DNA of 35,576 bases, from positions 1 to 35,576 of the IMG/VR virus record IMGVR_UViG_3300029310_000030. The stretch is one strand, 5' to 3'. The translations under genes were made by a program, and so were the position numbers. Positions 1-8,961 of the stretch are shown here, piece by piece (within the stretch, counting starts at the first letter, position 1; each line of letters begins with the position of its first letter). The notes under the pieces are model-generated. The model saw only the letters and a program-made list of their open reading frames with translations. It searched no databases and was not told the DNA's origin. This stretch comes from a virus.

Positions 1-99
1 CCCCATCCGCCACTGTAAATGCGGCCATCGGAGCACACCTTGCACATAAATTTACAGCCGGGTACTTTCATCTGTCCTTCACCTCACATAAAACCGTAT
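1..99. repeat. Terminal direct repeat, left copy (identical to 35478-35576)
   Basis: Base-by-base identity of 1-99 with 35478-35576 (offset 35,477). Confidence 0.95.
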
Positions 100-2096
100 A
101 GTTCTCGTGGCATACAGAGGGAGTCATTTTGTGTCCACCCGTCAGAGCCGGGGCTTTCCAGGTCGATGCTGAAATTCGTCGGCACTACTGCCGGGGTGTA
201 GTTGTTGCCCGTGACATAGTTCGATGTGCGCTCACGACCGGGTCCGAAAGTGATGCCCCCTGAGTTGACCCGCACCGTCCGCATGTGAGTGGTGTTCCAC
301 GGGTAAGTCATGGCGTATTCCACGCCATTGACCGGGATGACCATGGTCACACATCCGGCAGTGCCGCCGCTGGCCCACCATGTGGAACCTTTCTTGCTGG
401 TATAGGTCAGATACACAGCAGAAAAATCGGCCAGGTCCAGCGGGATTGTCTGCGCTCCAAAAGAGCTGTTGTCCCCAAAGTCCCAGATACGGGCGTTTCG
501 GATGCCGTAGAAGGTGATCTTTCCGGAGTCGATGGTACAGCTGCCGTTGCCGTCAGTAATGGAAATGCTATCCGACTTGATGTTGACCATGCTGGAGCCG
601 GAAAGCACTTTTATGCCGTCGTTGGTGATCTGCACCTTTTTGTTTGGCAGCTGGTCATGCCGGACGATAAGGCCGTTTTCCGGGGTAAACTCCAAAAAGT
701 TGGTAGCCGTTTTGGCTGCTTCACCAGCTTTTTTGTCCACCTCGTCCACTCTTTTGTCGTTAGACTTCTGGTATTTAAAAAGCTGGTTAAGGGTGCTCTG
801 CTGATATTTTTCAGCGGATGCCGTATCCTCATCCAGCAGGTTGGTGCGGCCCAGGTTGGCCACCTGCCGGTCGGTCAAAGTCTGCCGGGTCATGCCGAAG
901 GTATACTCCTTTTTGTCCGGCTGATCCAGCGGTTCCACCAGCTTTGTGCACAGCATGATGACATCGATACTGTGGGGCTTGCTGATAATGTGGGCATAGC
1001 TGGCAAAAGTCAGCCTGTCCTTGTCATAGCCCGCATCTCGCAGATCCACAGCCTTGACTGTGTAGCTCGTCACCATCAAGCTGTTTTTCTGAAGATCCTG
1101 CACGCCTGCAGCGAAGGTATCGTTGTCGCTGTCGGTGTCATACTCGCCCAGGGCTGACACGATGCCAAATTTTTGGGCCGCTGCATCATTCTGGATCCAT
1201 CCGCAGTCGCCGTCACTGCTGTCCAGCCGGTAAGAGTACCCTTTGGGCAGATATTTGTTGATGGTGGCCGCGTCCGTTCCAGAGATTCCGTAGCGCTCTT
1301 CATGGCTTTCTGTGTACTTTTCACCCCACCACAAAAATTTCCATTTCCACTTAGTCTCCTCGACCGTGTGCTTGCTTCCCATGGGATACACACGGGTAAA
1401 AAGGCTATTGGTGTCAGTCTTTTCCGTGAAATCCAGTAGGTTCACGCCGTATTCGATGGTCTGGTTCACCAGCCGGTCAGCCTCATACGCCTGGTCGCAG
1501 TAGTTGAGCACGTTGTTTCCGGTAGCCGCATCGAAGGTGCAGTAAGCATAACCGCCGTACGTTTTGAGTACCATCTTGTCGATGATATCCCAGGTGCTGC
1601 CATAATCCTCACCCACGCCGTAGCTGTCCCGGTCTCCGTAGTGCACAACAAGATCGCCCAGTGCTGCGGTGACAGTGCCTAGCTCGAAGCGTTTCATTTT
1701 CATGCTGCCGCACTGCTGGTTGTGGGCATCGATGAGGTGCTGCAAAAACTGCGCCAGCTTTCCCTCGTAGTTAAAAGGGGTGATTGCGCTGTCATTGAAG
1801 TAAGACAAAGCGCCCTCGCAGTAGATGACGCGCCGGTTGTACCAATCCGCCTCATGGCTCAAGACACGCCCGCGCCAGATCTCTTTATCGTCCTGTTCAA
1901 CGGTGATGCAGGTGGACATCTTTTGCAGGCTCTCATACTGCTCATGGTCGCGCGTCATGGTAAAAGAAAGGCTGCCGCCCTTGCTGACCTCTCGGGTCAG
2001 CTTGGGAGACAGCACAAGGGCATTGCGGTTATTGGGAGCGTAGATCAGGCGCTTGTCGCTGGGGTTGCCAAAGGGATATGCAAAAATTTTGTACAA
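84..2096 (-). CDS. Tail-associated (Tal-like) minor structural protein, 670 aa
   Basis: Starts 4 nt after the tape-measure stop. The N-terminus (MYKIFAYPFGNPS...LSPKLTREVSKGGSLSFTM...) resembles the N-terminal region of prophage-tail/minor-structural proteins. Confidence 0.6.
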   Translation of the reverse strand: MYKIFAYPFGNPSDKRLIYAPNNRNALVLSPKLTREVSKGGSLSFTMTRDHEQYESLQKMSTCITVEQDDKEIWRGRVLSHEADWYNRRVIYCEGALSYFNDSAITPFNYEGKLAQFLQHLIDAHNQQCGSMKMKRFELGTVTAALGDLVVHYGDRDSYGVGEDYGSTWDIIDKMVLKTYGGYAYCTFDAATGNNVLNYCDQAYEADRLVNQTIEYGVNLLDFTEKTDTNSLFTRVYPMGSKHTVEETKWKWKFLWWGEKYTESHEERYGISGTDAATINKYLPKGYSYRLDSSDGDCGWIQNDAAAQKFGIVSALGEYDTDSDNDTFAAGVQDLQKNSLMVTSYTVKAVDLRDAGYDKDRLTFASYAHIISKPHSIDVIMLCTKLVEPLDQPDKKEYTFGMTRQTLTDRQVANLGRTNLLDEDTASAEKYQQSTLNQLFKYQKSNDKRVDEVDKKAGEAAKTATNFLEFTPENGLIVRHDQLPNKKVQITNDGIKVLSGSSMVNIKSDSISITDGNGSCTIDSGKITFYGIRNARIWDFGDNSSFGAQTIPLDLADFSAVYLTYTSKKGSTWWASGGTAGCVTMVIPVNGVEYAMTYPWNTTHMRTVRVNSGGITFGPGRERTSNYVTGNNYTPAVVPTNFSIDLESPGSDGWTQNDSLCMPRELYGFM

Positions 2097-2099
2097 ATT

Positions 2100-4463
2100 T
2101 TAATTCCCCCTTTCTGCCAGCGTGGCCAGATGGCCCAGCTGTGCATCAATAGAAGGTGCCAGTGCGCCCACCAGCGTTCCATCATCCAGCTTGATGACCG
2201 CATTGCCTGCCTGAGGGAGATACTGCTGGACGACGTTATACAGTGCATCCAGAGAAGTCTGCATTTTCTGCTGATAGGCCGTCAGGCGGCTGTTGGCCGG
2301 GCTTTCTCCGAAGGCATAGCCATCGGTGCGGAAATCGTACCCCGCCATGGAGCGCATATTTCCGTACCAGTAAGCGTCCTGGATGTCCTTATAGGAAAGC
2401 GTCGAGCTCTTGCTGTCAGTGCTTTCCTTTTCGCCGTTCTTACTGCCCAGCCATGCGGCCAGGCCGATACCGCCCGCCACAGCAGCCACGCCCAGGATGG
2501 CAGCCAGCACAGGGTTGGATGCCACAAGCGAGACGATATTGCCCAGACTGCCCATGATAGAGGTGGCCATGCTGGACACCCCGCTGGCAACGTTGGCCAA
2601 CTGGGCACCGGCCCCGCCGGATGCGCTCAAGCTGGACAGGATGGAGCCAAAGCTTTGCACTGCTGTCCCTGCTTCTGTCGCACTGGCGGCAATGCCGTCC
2701 GTAAAGAGGGACTGGATGGTAGCGAAGGCTGCTTTTACGCCGCCCCCGCTGTACGCGTCATTGATGACACCCAGCGCATCCGCCGCCCACTTGGAGATGA
2801 GTTCCCGCTGATCCTGCGAGACCTCACCCCAGATGAGCTTTACAAAATCCATGGCCAGGCTGTCCCAGCTGCCATTTTTGAGGTCAGTCAGAACGCTCTG
2901 GAACGTGCCCAAAATACCATTTGACCACTCGCTTTTGGCAGTGCTCAAATTTTTATCGATTTTGGACTGAATGGCGCTCACGCTCTGGTCGATCTCCTCG
3001 ACGGTCTTTTCGACCTTTGTCTGCACGCCATCCACATACTTGGTAATGGTCTTGTAATTCTTGGCCACACCGTCCACGATTTTAGTGCCGGATTCCGTCA
3101 CTGTCTTGGTGATATGTTCGGTGCCGTCATCGTACTTTTCGCGGACAGTCTGGATGGCCGTGGTGATGCCATCGGCCACACTTTCGCTTTTCTCAGTCAA
3201 AGCATCGATGACCTGGGCAGTTTTCTTAGCAGTGGTAGAGCTTTTCCCGGATCTTTTTGTGGATCCACCGGAAGAGCTGACAATGCTGCTCCCGCCGTTT
3301 CCGGCAGATTCCGCGGCTTCTTTCTGGCGTTCAGTCCAGCTTTTATTGCTTATGCCTTTTCCTGCAAGCGCTTCCTGTCTTCTGCGATTTCGATTGCTTT
3401 GATGGACTTGATCCGCATGGTACTCTTCATAGGTGTCGTACCCTGCATAAGCATCTTTCCCCAGTGCTTTGTTAAGCTTGTAGCTCCACTGATCTAAGAT
3501 ACTTATGGCATTTTTGGCCACCCTTTCAATGGCATTTCCTGCAATTCCCATTTCGGTCACAAGGCTTTTCGTAATGGGGTTTAAGTCTGCGATTGCTTTT
3601 CCAAGCCCGACCCATCCATCCGTTTTATACGCTTCCATGGCTGCAACGGTCATGTCATTCAGGTTGGAAATCACCTGACCAATGCCCTCGCTCAAATTCT
3701 CAGTCATAAGACCGGCCAGCTGATTTACATTGTCTTTGAGAGTAGAGATACGGCCATCCATGGTCTGGCTCTGCGTCTCCATGGCGTTATAGTAGCGCCC
3801 GCCCTCCTCACTGGCAGCGATAAGAGCTTCAGACAGCAGGTCATAGCTGACAGTCATGCTCTGGACTTCCTGCACCGTTTTGCCGGTGTAGTCAGCCAGA
3901 ACCTGATAAATGTTGATGCCGGCATTGGCGAATTGCTTGATATCGACAGCAGTAGCTTTTCCCACGTTGGCAATCTGCTGCAGATTGCCAGCCATACGAG
4001 ACAGCTCCACATTGCCGCCACCTGTAGCAGATACAGCGTCACCCAGTGCCATGATCACTTTGCGCGAGTATTCCGCATTTTCACCTGCACCTATCAAAAG
4101 CTGATTTGCCTGCGTCAAAGAAGAGACATTGAATGGGGTTTTGGCAGCATCCTCTTGGATAGCTGCCATTACCTTCTGTGCTTTTTCGGCGCTCCCAAGC
4201 ATATTCTCAAAGCCCGTGGAGTACCTTTCGATTTCGGCGTTGTATGCAATGCCCGTTTTTACAGCATTTGTTGCAAAATCCAGCATTTTGGAGGTAACTT
4301 TGGAAATCATGTTTCCCATGATTTGCCCTTTTGCTATGGCTCCAGCAAAAGAGTCCTGCACATCCTTGGCCTTATCATCTGTCTTGCTCAGACTTGCTTC
4401 AGCCTGACTGCTGTCAATGAAAATCGAGCCAAAAAGCCGGAAAATCTCAGTCCCGCTTGCCAC
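2100..4463 (-). CDS. Tail tape measure protein, 787 aa
   Basis: Long ORF downstream of the G/GT chaperones. It has a TP901-type TMP core-like segment (...TPFNVSSLTQANQLLIGAG...GNLQQIANVGKATAVDIKQFANAGINIY...) and Gly/Ala/Ser-rich and TM-like stretches. Confidence 0.9.
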   Translation of the reverse strand: MASGTEIFRLFGSIFIDSSQAEASLSKTDDKAKDVQDSFAGAIAKGQIMGNMISKVTSKMLDFATNAVKTGIAYNAEIERYSTGFENMLGSAEKAQKVMAAIQEDAAKTPFNVSSLTQANQLLIGAGENAEYSRKVIMALGDAVSATGGGNVELSRMAGNLQQIANVGKATAVDIKQFANAGINIYQVLADYTGKTVQEVQSMTVSYDLLSEALIAASEEGGRYYNAMETQSQTMDGRISTLKDNVNQLAGLMTENLSEGIGQVISNLNDMTVAAMEAYKTDGWVGLGKAIADLNPITKSLVTEMGIAGNAIERVAKNAISILDQWSYKLNKALGKDAYAGYDTYEEYHADQVHQSNRNRRRQEALAGKGISNKSWTERQKEAAESAGNGGSSIVSSSGGSTKRSGKSSTTAKKTAQVIDALTEKSESVADGITTAIQTVREKYDDGTEHITKTVTESGTKIVDGVAKNYKTITKYVDGVQTKVEKTVEEIDQSVSAIQSKIDKNLSTAKSEWSNGILGTFQSVLTDLKNGSWDSLAMDFVKLIWGEVSQDQRELISKWAADALGVINDAYSGGGVKAAFATIQSLFTDGIAASATEAGTAVQSFGSILSSLSASGGAGAQLANVASGVSSMATSIMGSLGNIVSLVASNPVLAAILGVAAVAGGIGLAAWLGSKNGEKESTDSKSSTLSYKDIQDAYWYGNMRSMAGYDFRTDGYAFGESPANSRLTAYQQKMQTSLDALYNVVQQYLPQAGNAVIKLDDGTLVGALAPSIDAQLGHLATLAERGN

Positions 4464-5084
4464 TTGCTTCCCTCCAGTCCATCTGCATCAACTCCGCCAC
4501 ATCCGCCTCGATTGCCGCCCGGCTCTTTGCCGGGGCCTGGGCCGATTCCTGCAAAGCTTTTTTGAAGCCTGCAAAAGTCGGGTAGGCCGCCTCATAGCTG
4601 ATAAACCAGCGCAGCAGCAGCATATCGTCGTTGGAATATTCCAGCATTTTGGGGATAAAGCTCACGGCCTCCTCCCACGTCCAGTCCTTCAAAAAAGAGA
4701 CGTTGCCGCCGTACCGGTGCAAAAAAGCGTCTATGATCTGGGCCGGATCATACGCTTTACACGCTCGAAAAAAAGTTTGAGGTCATTTTCTGCAGCCAGC
4801 TTTTCCAGGCACTCGCCCAGTTCATCCAGATCCATAGCACGGACACCAGCGGCGTTCTCTTTTTCAAAAGGCCCCGCCAGAAAGGTAAAGAGCAGATCTT
4901 CGGTCTTTTCGTCCGTGACGTTTTTGATGAGCGCTTCAAAAAGGGCCGTGTTGGCAGCCTTTTTTTCATCCTCGGTCTTGGCAACTTCAGCCCTCTCAGT
5001 GAAGGCCGCCACCGTTTCCTTCAGGTCAACCGCGCGCAGAACGCGCAGGGCCACAAAAACATCTCCGCCGTTGAGCTTACGCAT
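4447..5084 (-). CDS. Tail assembly chaperone frameshift product (gpGT-like), made by a -1 shift at 4767-4773
   Basis: The -1 frame is open from the slippery site (T_TTT_TTC on the minus strand) straight into ORF 4447..4722 (...FFRACKAYDPAQIIDAFLHRYGGNVSFLKDW...). Confidence 0.6.
4731..5084 (-). CDS. Tail assembly chaperone (gpG-like), 117 aa
   Basis: Lies between the major tail and tape-measure genes. Acidic small protein with a slippery heptamer near its 3' end. Confidence 0.7.
   Translation of the reverse strand: MRKLNGGDVFVALRVLRAVDLKETVAAFTERAEVAKTEDEKKAANTALFEALIKNVTDEKTEDLLFTFLAGPFEKENAAGVRAMDLDELGECLEKLAAENDLKLFFERVKRMIRPRS
4767..4773 (-). promoter_or_regulatory. Programmed -1 ribosomal frameshift slippery heptamer (U UUU UUC)
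   Basis: Minus-strand codons CTT TTT TTC (L F F) contain the X_XXY_YYZ motif about 12 codons before the gpG-like stop. Confidence 0.6.
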
Positions 5085-5098
5085 ATCTGATCCCTCCT

Positions 5099-5698
5099 TT
5101 ACCCTTCACTCAGGGTGGGATAATAGATTTTGAAAGGCGGGTTTTCGGGGTCGTCCGGGGTATAGTGACCGGCCAGAGTGACCTGAATGGAGCTTTCCTG
5201 CCCGTCCTGGGGGTTTAGGCTCAGGTCGGCGTTGTTGAACGCATTAAAGACGGTGATGACCACGGGGTCATTGCTGCCGCTCAGGCGGCCGATAAAGGAA
5301 ACGCTGTCGATGTAGTCCTCATCCTCCATACCGTTTTTGGGGATGATGGTGGTATAGCCGGTGGTCGTGGTGGTGTCCAGCTTTGCGGCAGCCAGGCCCA
5401 TCTTGATGTTGTCCACGGTGGTCTCCTGCAAGGTGATCTGCAAGGTGGTCGCCCAGGAATCCAGGATATAGTTGCCCTTGGTGTTCTCGGGCACGCCGTC
5501 GATCTGGAGATAGTGACCATTTTTAGTGGCCGTAAAGGTGCCGCCGCCTGTGGTGGCACCGATGAGCTTTTTGCTGGTTTTCAAGCTGTCCAGCGTATCC
5601 TTGCCCGGCTCATAACCCACTGCAAAGACACCCGCGCCCAGCAGCAGGTGCTCTTTGGTCTCAGAGGTCTGGCCGGTGATCCTTTTCTGATTGAACAT
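5099..5698 (-). CDS. Major tail protein, 199 aa
   Basis: Position immediately upstream of the chaperones. Sequence is Thr/Gly-rich and beta-type, typical of siphovirus tail tube proteins. Confidence 0.7.
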   Translation of the reverse strand: MFNQKRITGQTSETKEHLLLGAGVFAVGYEPGKDTLDSLKTSKKLIGATTGGGTFTATKNGHYLQIDGVPENTKGNYILDSWATTLQITLQETTVDNIKMGLAAAKLDTTTTTGYTTIIPKNGMEDEDYIDSVSFIGRLSGSNDPVVITVFNAFNNADLSLNPQDGQESSIQVTLAGHYTPDDPENPPFKIYYPTLSEG

Positions 5699-5701
5699 TT
5701 T

Positions 5702-6085
5702 TTATCCTCCCATAGCGTAAAATTCGAGAGTGACAAGCCGCTGGCGAACTGTTTTGTCCGCCTCTTCCAGTGGAGAGACGCGGCCAGAGTGCAGATAGTA
5801 CATCAAGTCATCCGCACAAAAAGAAAAGCCCTCCAGCTCACGCAAGAGGGTGTTGGCGATTCTGTCCACTTCAGTGGACGATTCTTTGTTGTCGGCCACT
5901 GTGCAGGACAGCGTCCCTTTCAGGGCGCTGTCCGATGTCCACACGGTGGCAATGTACCGGACGCGGGGATACCCCGCCATCCGGCTGTGCTCGTAGAAAA
6001 CCTCATTGATGCCAGACACTTCTTTGAGTTTCTGGCAGATCGCTTTTTTGAAGCGCTCTATCAGAAGGTCATCGCTCGCTGTCAT
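5702..6085 (-). CDS. Tail completion / head-tail joining protein, about 127 aa (start trimmed to MTASDD...)
   Basis: GAGGAGGAG RBS lies upstream of the ATG at 6085. Position is between the gp10-like gene and the major tail gene. Confidence 0.5.
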   Translation of the reverse strand: MTASDDLLIERFKKAICQKLKEVSGINEVFYEHSRMAGYPRVRYIATVWTSDSALKGTLSCTVADNKESSTEVDRIANTLLRELEGFSFCADDLMYYLHSGRVSPLEEADKTVRQRLVTLEFYAMGG

Positions 6086-6536
6086 CTGGCACCATCTCCT
6101 CCTCATCGATAAGGCCAAGCGCTCGGTTTTCATCCTCTATGGCAGAGAGATAGTGGCCCTCAATGCGCCTGATCTCGTCGATGTTTTTTTGTACTGCATT
6201 GGTCAGAATGCTTTTCTGAGGCTGATTTTTTTCACCCAGCTCCTGCAAAGCACCATACCAGGTATCATGCTTGATGCCCACCAAAAGGTCAGTCTCACGC
6301 TTGCGTACCCAGTAGGAAAACGCTCCCCCTTTGCCGTAAAAGCGATATCGGACAGTTTTTCTGCCCATATGCGGTCGGGCCAGAGAAGCTACGCGGGTCT
6401 GACGGACGATGTACTTGCCCACATCACGAAGAGCGGCACGGCTCAGCTCCCGGATGGTGTACTTGACACGGTCCACGTTGGACTTGTAGACCACGCCGTT
6501 TTTGGTGATTTTCATGCCGCTCGGGGGGTTAGCCAT
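6069..6536 (-). CDS. HK97 gp10-like tail/neck component, about 155 aa (start trimmed to MANPPSG...)
   Basis: Sequence ...VDRVKYTIRELSRAALRDVGKYIVRQTR... resembles the HK97-gp10 family. The start overlaps the upstream stop. Confidence 0.55.
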   Translation of the reverse strand: MANPPSGMKITKNGVVYKSNVDRVKYTIRELSRAALRDVGKYIVRQTRVASLARPHMGRKTVRYRFYGKGGAFSYWVRKRETDLLVGIKHDTWYGALQELGEKNQPQKSILTNAVQKNIDEIRRIEGHYLSAIEDENRALGLIDEEEMVPDDSER

Positions 6537-6837
6537 CCTCGTCCGCTCCCTTCTGTTGGCAATGCAGCTCGATAAAGTCGCCGGTAAGGTATGTGCGGAT
6601 GACGGTATACTGCACGTCATCCACACGCAGGCGCTTCTGGCCGTGGTACTCCTGTGCATAGACCTTTACCACGATGTCCGCATGATACCCGGCATTGGCT
6701 GCCTGATAAAATTCAGCGGTCGTGGCGCTGGTCAGCGTTCCGATGATAGTTTCCTCGGCCAGCGTTGCCACCTGGTCGCCGTTATCATCCCGCCCCAGGG
6801 TCTCCCCGATCAGCGTTACCTCAGCGTATCGTTTCAT
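6529..6837 (-). CDS. Head closure / head-tail adaptor protein, 102 aa
   Basis: Size, position and sequence pattern fit: an N-terminal ...VTL... segment and a C-terminal ...YTVIRTY... segment. Confidence 0.55.
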   Translation of the reverse strand: MKRYAEVTLIGETLGRDDNGDQVATLAEETIIGTLTSATTAEFYQAANAGYHADIVVKVYAQEYHGQKRLRVDDVQYTVIRTYLTGDFIELHCQQKGADEDG

Positions 6838-7111
6838 CGATGCTCTCCTTATCCGTGTAGCCGTAGGCGGTCATAAGCTGGGCCTTTTGCTCATCATACG
6901 CCGCCTTCAGCCGGTCATACTGGTCAGGCTCTCCGAAATGCACTTTGCAGTAGGTAACGACCGCCCGCCGGATCAGGGGTTTGTCCTGATTTTCACGCGC
7001 GGCCACCCCGGCAATGCCCAGGTCATCCAGCGCCGCCTCGATAAGGCCGGTAAGCTCATCGTCAAAGACGCTGGTGGAGATACGCAGCGCCTGCTTTACC
7101 TTTTCCAGCAT
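6821..7111 (-). CDS. gp6-like head-tail connector protein, 96 aa
   Basis: The motif MLEKVKQALRISTSVFDDELTGLIEAALDDLG... is typical of gp6-like connector (DNA-packaging) proteins. It lies directly downstream of the capsid gene. Confidence 0.65.
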   Translation of the reverse strand: MLEKVKQALRISTSVFDDELTGLIEAALDDLGIAGVAARENQDKPLIRRAVVTYCKVHFGEPDQYDRLKAAYDEQKAQLMTAYGYTDKESIDETIR

Positions 7112-7126
7112 CCTTTACTCCTCCGA

Positions 7127-8314
7127 TCAGCCTGCCGAAGCGGGCAGCTGTACGGCCACAAAGCCGTTCTTGACCACGACATCCGCGCCCAGCTCCACGT
7201 CGCCACGGATGGTATCCAGCAGCTTGTCAAAGCGGAAGTCCTCAGAAACTGCGATCTCGTAGGCGCTGAAAAGGTCGAGCTCAATGCAGGTGGGCACGCC
7301 GTAGAACATCGTTTTCTGTGCGGCAGTGGTCTGGGCCGTGCCGTTCAGCGCGGTCAGATTTTTGTTCAGGCAGTAGCGCACGGTCAGGCCGCCATCCTTG
7401 ATGGTGCCGGTGTTGGGGTTGGCAGTATCCGGGGTGATCTCATACACAGGCTTTTTCTCGTTGGCACCGCGCACGTCGCCAAAAGCGATCAGGTCGGTTT
7501 TGTTGAGGAAAAGCACAGCACCGCCAGCAACGCCCTCATCGCCGCCGTATGCCAGAGCGATCTTGCGCAGGGTGCCTGCATTGATAGCGCCCTTCTTGCT
7601 CACCACATCACCGTCCACAGTGGAGTTGAGGGCGCTTTCCTGGAGCTTCTTGGTCACAACGGAGGCAGCCTTTTTGCGCAGACTCAGCATGGCCTGCTCA
7701 CGCACCTTGGCCTCATACATCAGCGGGGTCTGCTTTTTGGCCTGCTTGCTGATATAGGACAGGGTGGCCACGGATTCCGGGGTGATGGTGATGGTGGCGA
7801 AGGCAGGCTCCTTTTCGGTGGCAGCACTGCCCTCGGTCTGATTGTCAGCCTCGTCAGCGTCCGCGCTCAGATAGGCGATCTTGTTGCTGCCCATGCCCTC
7901 GCAGTTGACGACCTTCACCATGTCGATGATGCTCGACACGCGCACATCTGCGCTGTCATTGATGCCGGAAACGCCGGTGGGGGTCAGCAGGGTGCCACCG
8001 CTCACCAGCACAGCACGGGTCTCGACGGTGCCGATGGTTTCGCGCCGGGTCTCCTTAAAGGCCTGAGCGCGCTCCTCATTTTCGTTGTGGGCAGCAGGGT
8101 TCTCCATCCGGGAACCTGCGCCATTTGCGACCATCTCACGGATAGCCTGCCGCTTTTCGGCAGCGGCCAGCTGCTTCTTGCGTTCGCAGATGCGGGTAGC
8201 CTCAGCTTCCAGCTCCTTCAGAGCATCGCCCTCAGCGGTCTCACATTCTTTGACGATTTCAGCCTGCCGGGTCTCCAGCTCCTGAGCGGTCATTTCTTCG
8301 ATTTTCTTAGACAT
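7127..8314 (-). CDS. Major capsid protein, HK97 family, 395 aa
   Basis: N-terminal coiled-coil delta-like domain (MSKKIEEMTAQELETRQAEIV...) followed by an HK97-fold-type body. It follows the prohead protease. Confidence 0.9.
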   Translation of the reverse strand: MSKKIEEMTAQELETRQAEIVKECETAEGDALKELEAEATRICERKKQLAAAEKRQAIREMVANGAGSRMENPAAHNENEERAQAFKETRRETIGTVETRAVLVSGGTLLTPTGVSGINDSADVRVSSIIDMVKVVNCEGMGSNKIAYLSADADEADNQTEGSAATEKEPAFATITITPESVATLSYISKQAKKQTPLMYEAKVREQAMLSLRKKAASVVTKKLQESALNSTVDGDVVSKKGAINAGTLRKIALAYGGDEGVAGGAVLFLNKTDLIAFGDVRGANEKKPVYEITPDTANPNTGTIKDGGLTVRYCLNKNLTALNGTAQTTAAQKTMFYGVPTCIELDLFSAYEIAVSEDFRFDKLLDTIRGDVELGADVVVKNGFVAVQLPASAG

Positions 8315-8316
8315 AG

Positions 8317-8961
8317 TTACACTCCCATAAGCTTAATTTTGATTCGTGTGACGGTATCTGCCCGGGCCAGTCGCTCCGCTTCCATTTTCTCGATCACTCC
8401 GTCGGAAAATTTCCGGGCACTGATAGATGTGGCATCGTTGGCCGGGAGGCTCACGGCACTCACATCAAACAGCTTCTTGAATTTTGTGATGGTACGATAG
8501 ACGGTCAATGTTCCGGTTTCGTGGTCTTCCACGGATTCCCGTTTATCTTCTCCGACGATAAAGCCAAAGCTCATCTTGTCGGTGTACCCGCCTTTGATTT
8601 CACCATACAGCTGGCGACCGATTTCGGTTCCGCCCAGATCAGCGGTTACTTTCAGTCCGGTGGCATCCGTTGCCAGGGTCAGGGTGCCGTTTTTTGTTCT
8701 GGCAAAGACACGCCCGTTGTGATCATACTGGAAGATGACATCTGTCATGTCACAGTTGTCAAAAGCATGCGGGTCTACCTGCTCATAGATTTTGTACCGC
8801 TGGCCGTCGTAGAGCAGATACTGCTGGTTAAAGGTCGTGGCGTAGCCCTCGACGATCATTTTGCTATCGCCGTCATCCTGGTCATCCGCCCGGACTTCCA
8901 GCTGCATGGCACGGTACTCGCGCCCGCCGTCCAGCTTTTTCAAAAGCTTCTCATTTTCCAT
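8317..8961 (-). CDS. Prohead (HK97-family) maturation protease, 214 aa
   Basis: The segment ...MIVEGYATTFNQQY...HNGRVFART... resembles S78/U35 prohead proteases. It lies between the portal and capsid genes. Confidence 0.85.
   Translation of the reverse strand: MENEKLLKKLDGGREYRAMQLEVRADDQDDGDSKMIVEGYATTFNQQYLLYDGQRYKIYEQVDPHAFDNCDMTDVIFQYDHNGRVFARTKNGTLTLATDATGLKVTADLGGTEIGRQLYGEIKGGYTDKMSFGFIVGEDKRESVEDHETGTLTVYRTITKFKKLFDVSAVSLPANDATSISARKFSDGVIEKMEAERLARADTVTRIKIKLMGV

Noticed and set aside
6722-8500. 592-aa plus-strand ORF, with similar long plus-strand ORFs at 1722..2924, 285..1157, 4417..5133, 16399..17109 and 26600..27727
   Set aside because: These lie antisense to well-supported phage genes (capsid, TMP, Tal, ParA, cassette). 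Their translations are Arg/Ala/Gly/His/Leu-rich and low-complexity, typical of shadow ORFs in GC-rich DNA. They have no RBS and no recognisable motifs.
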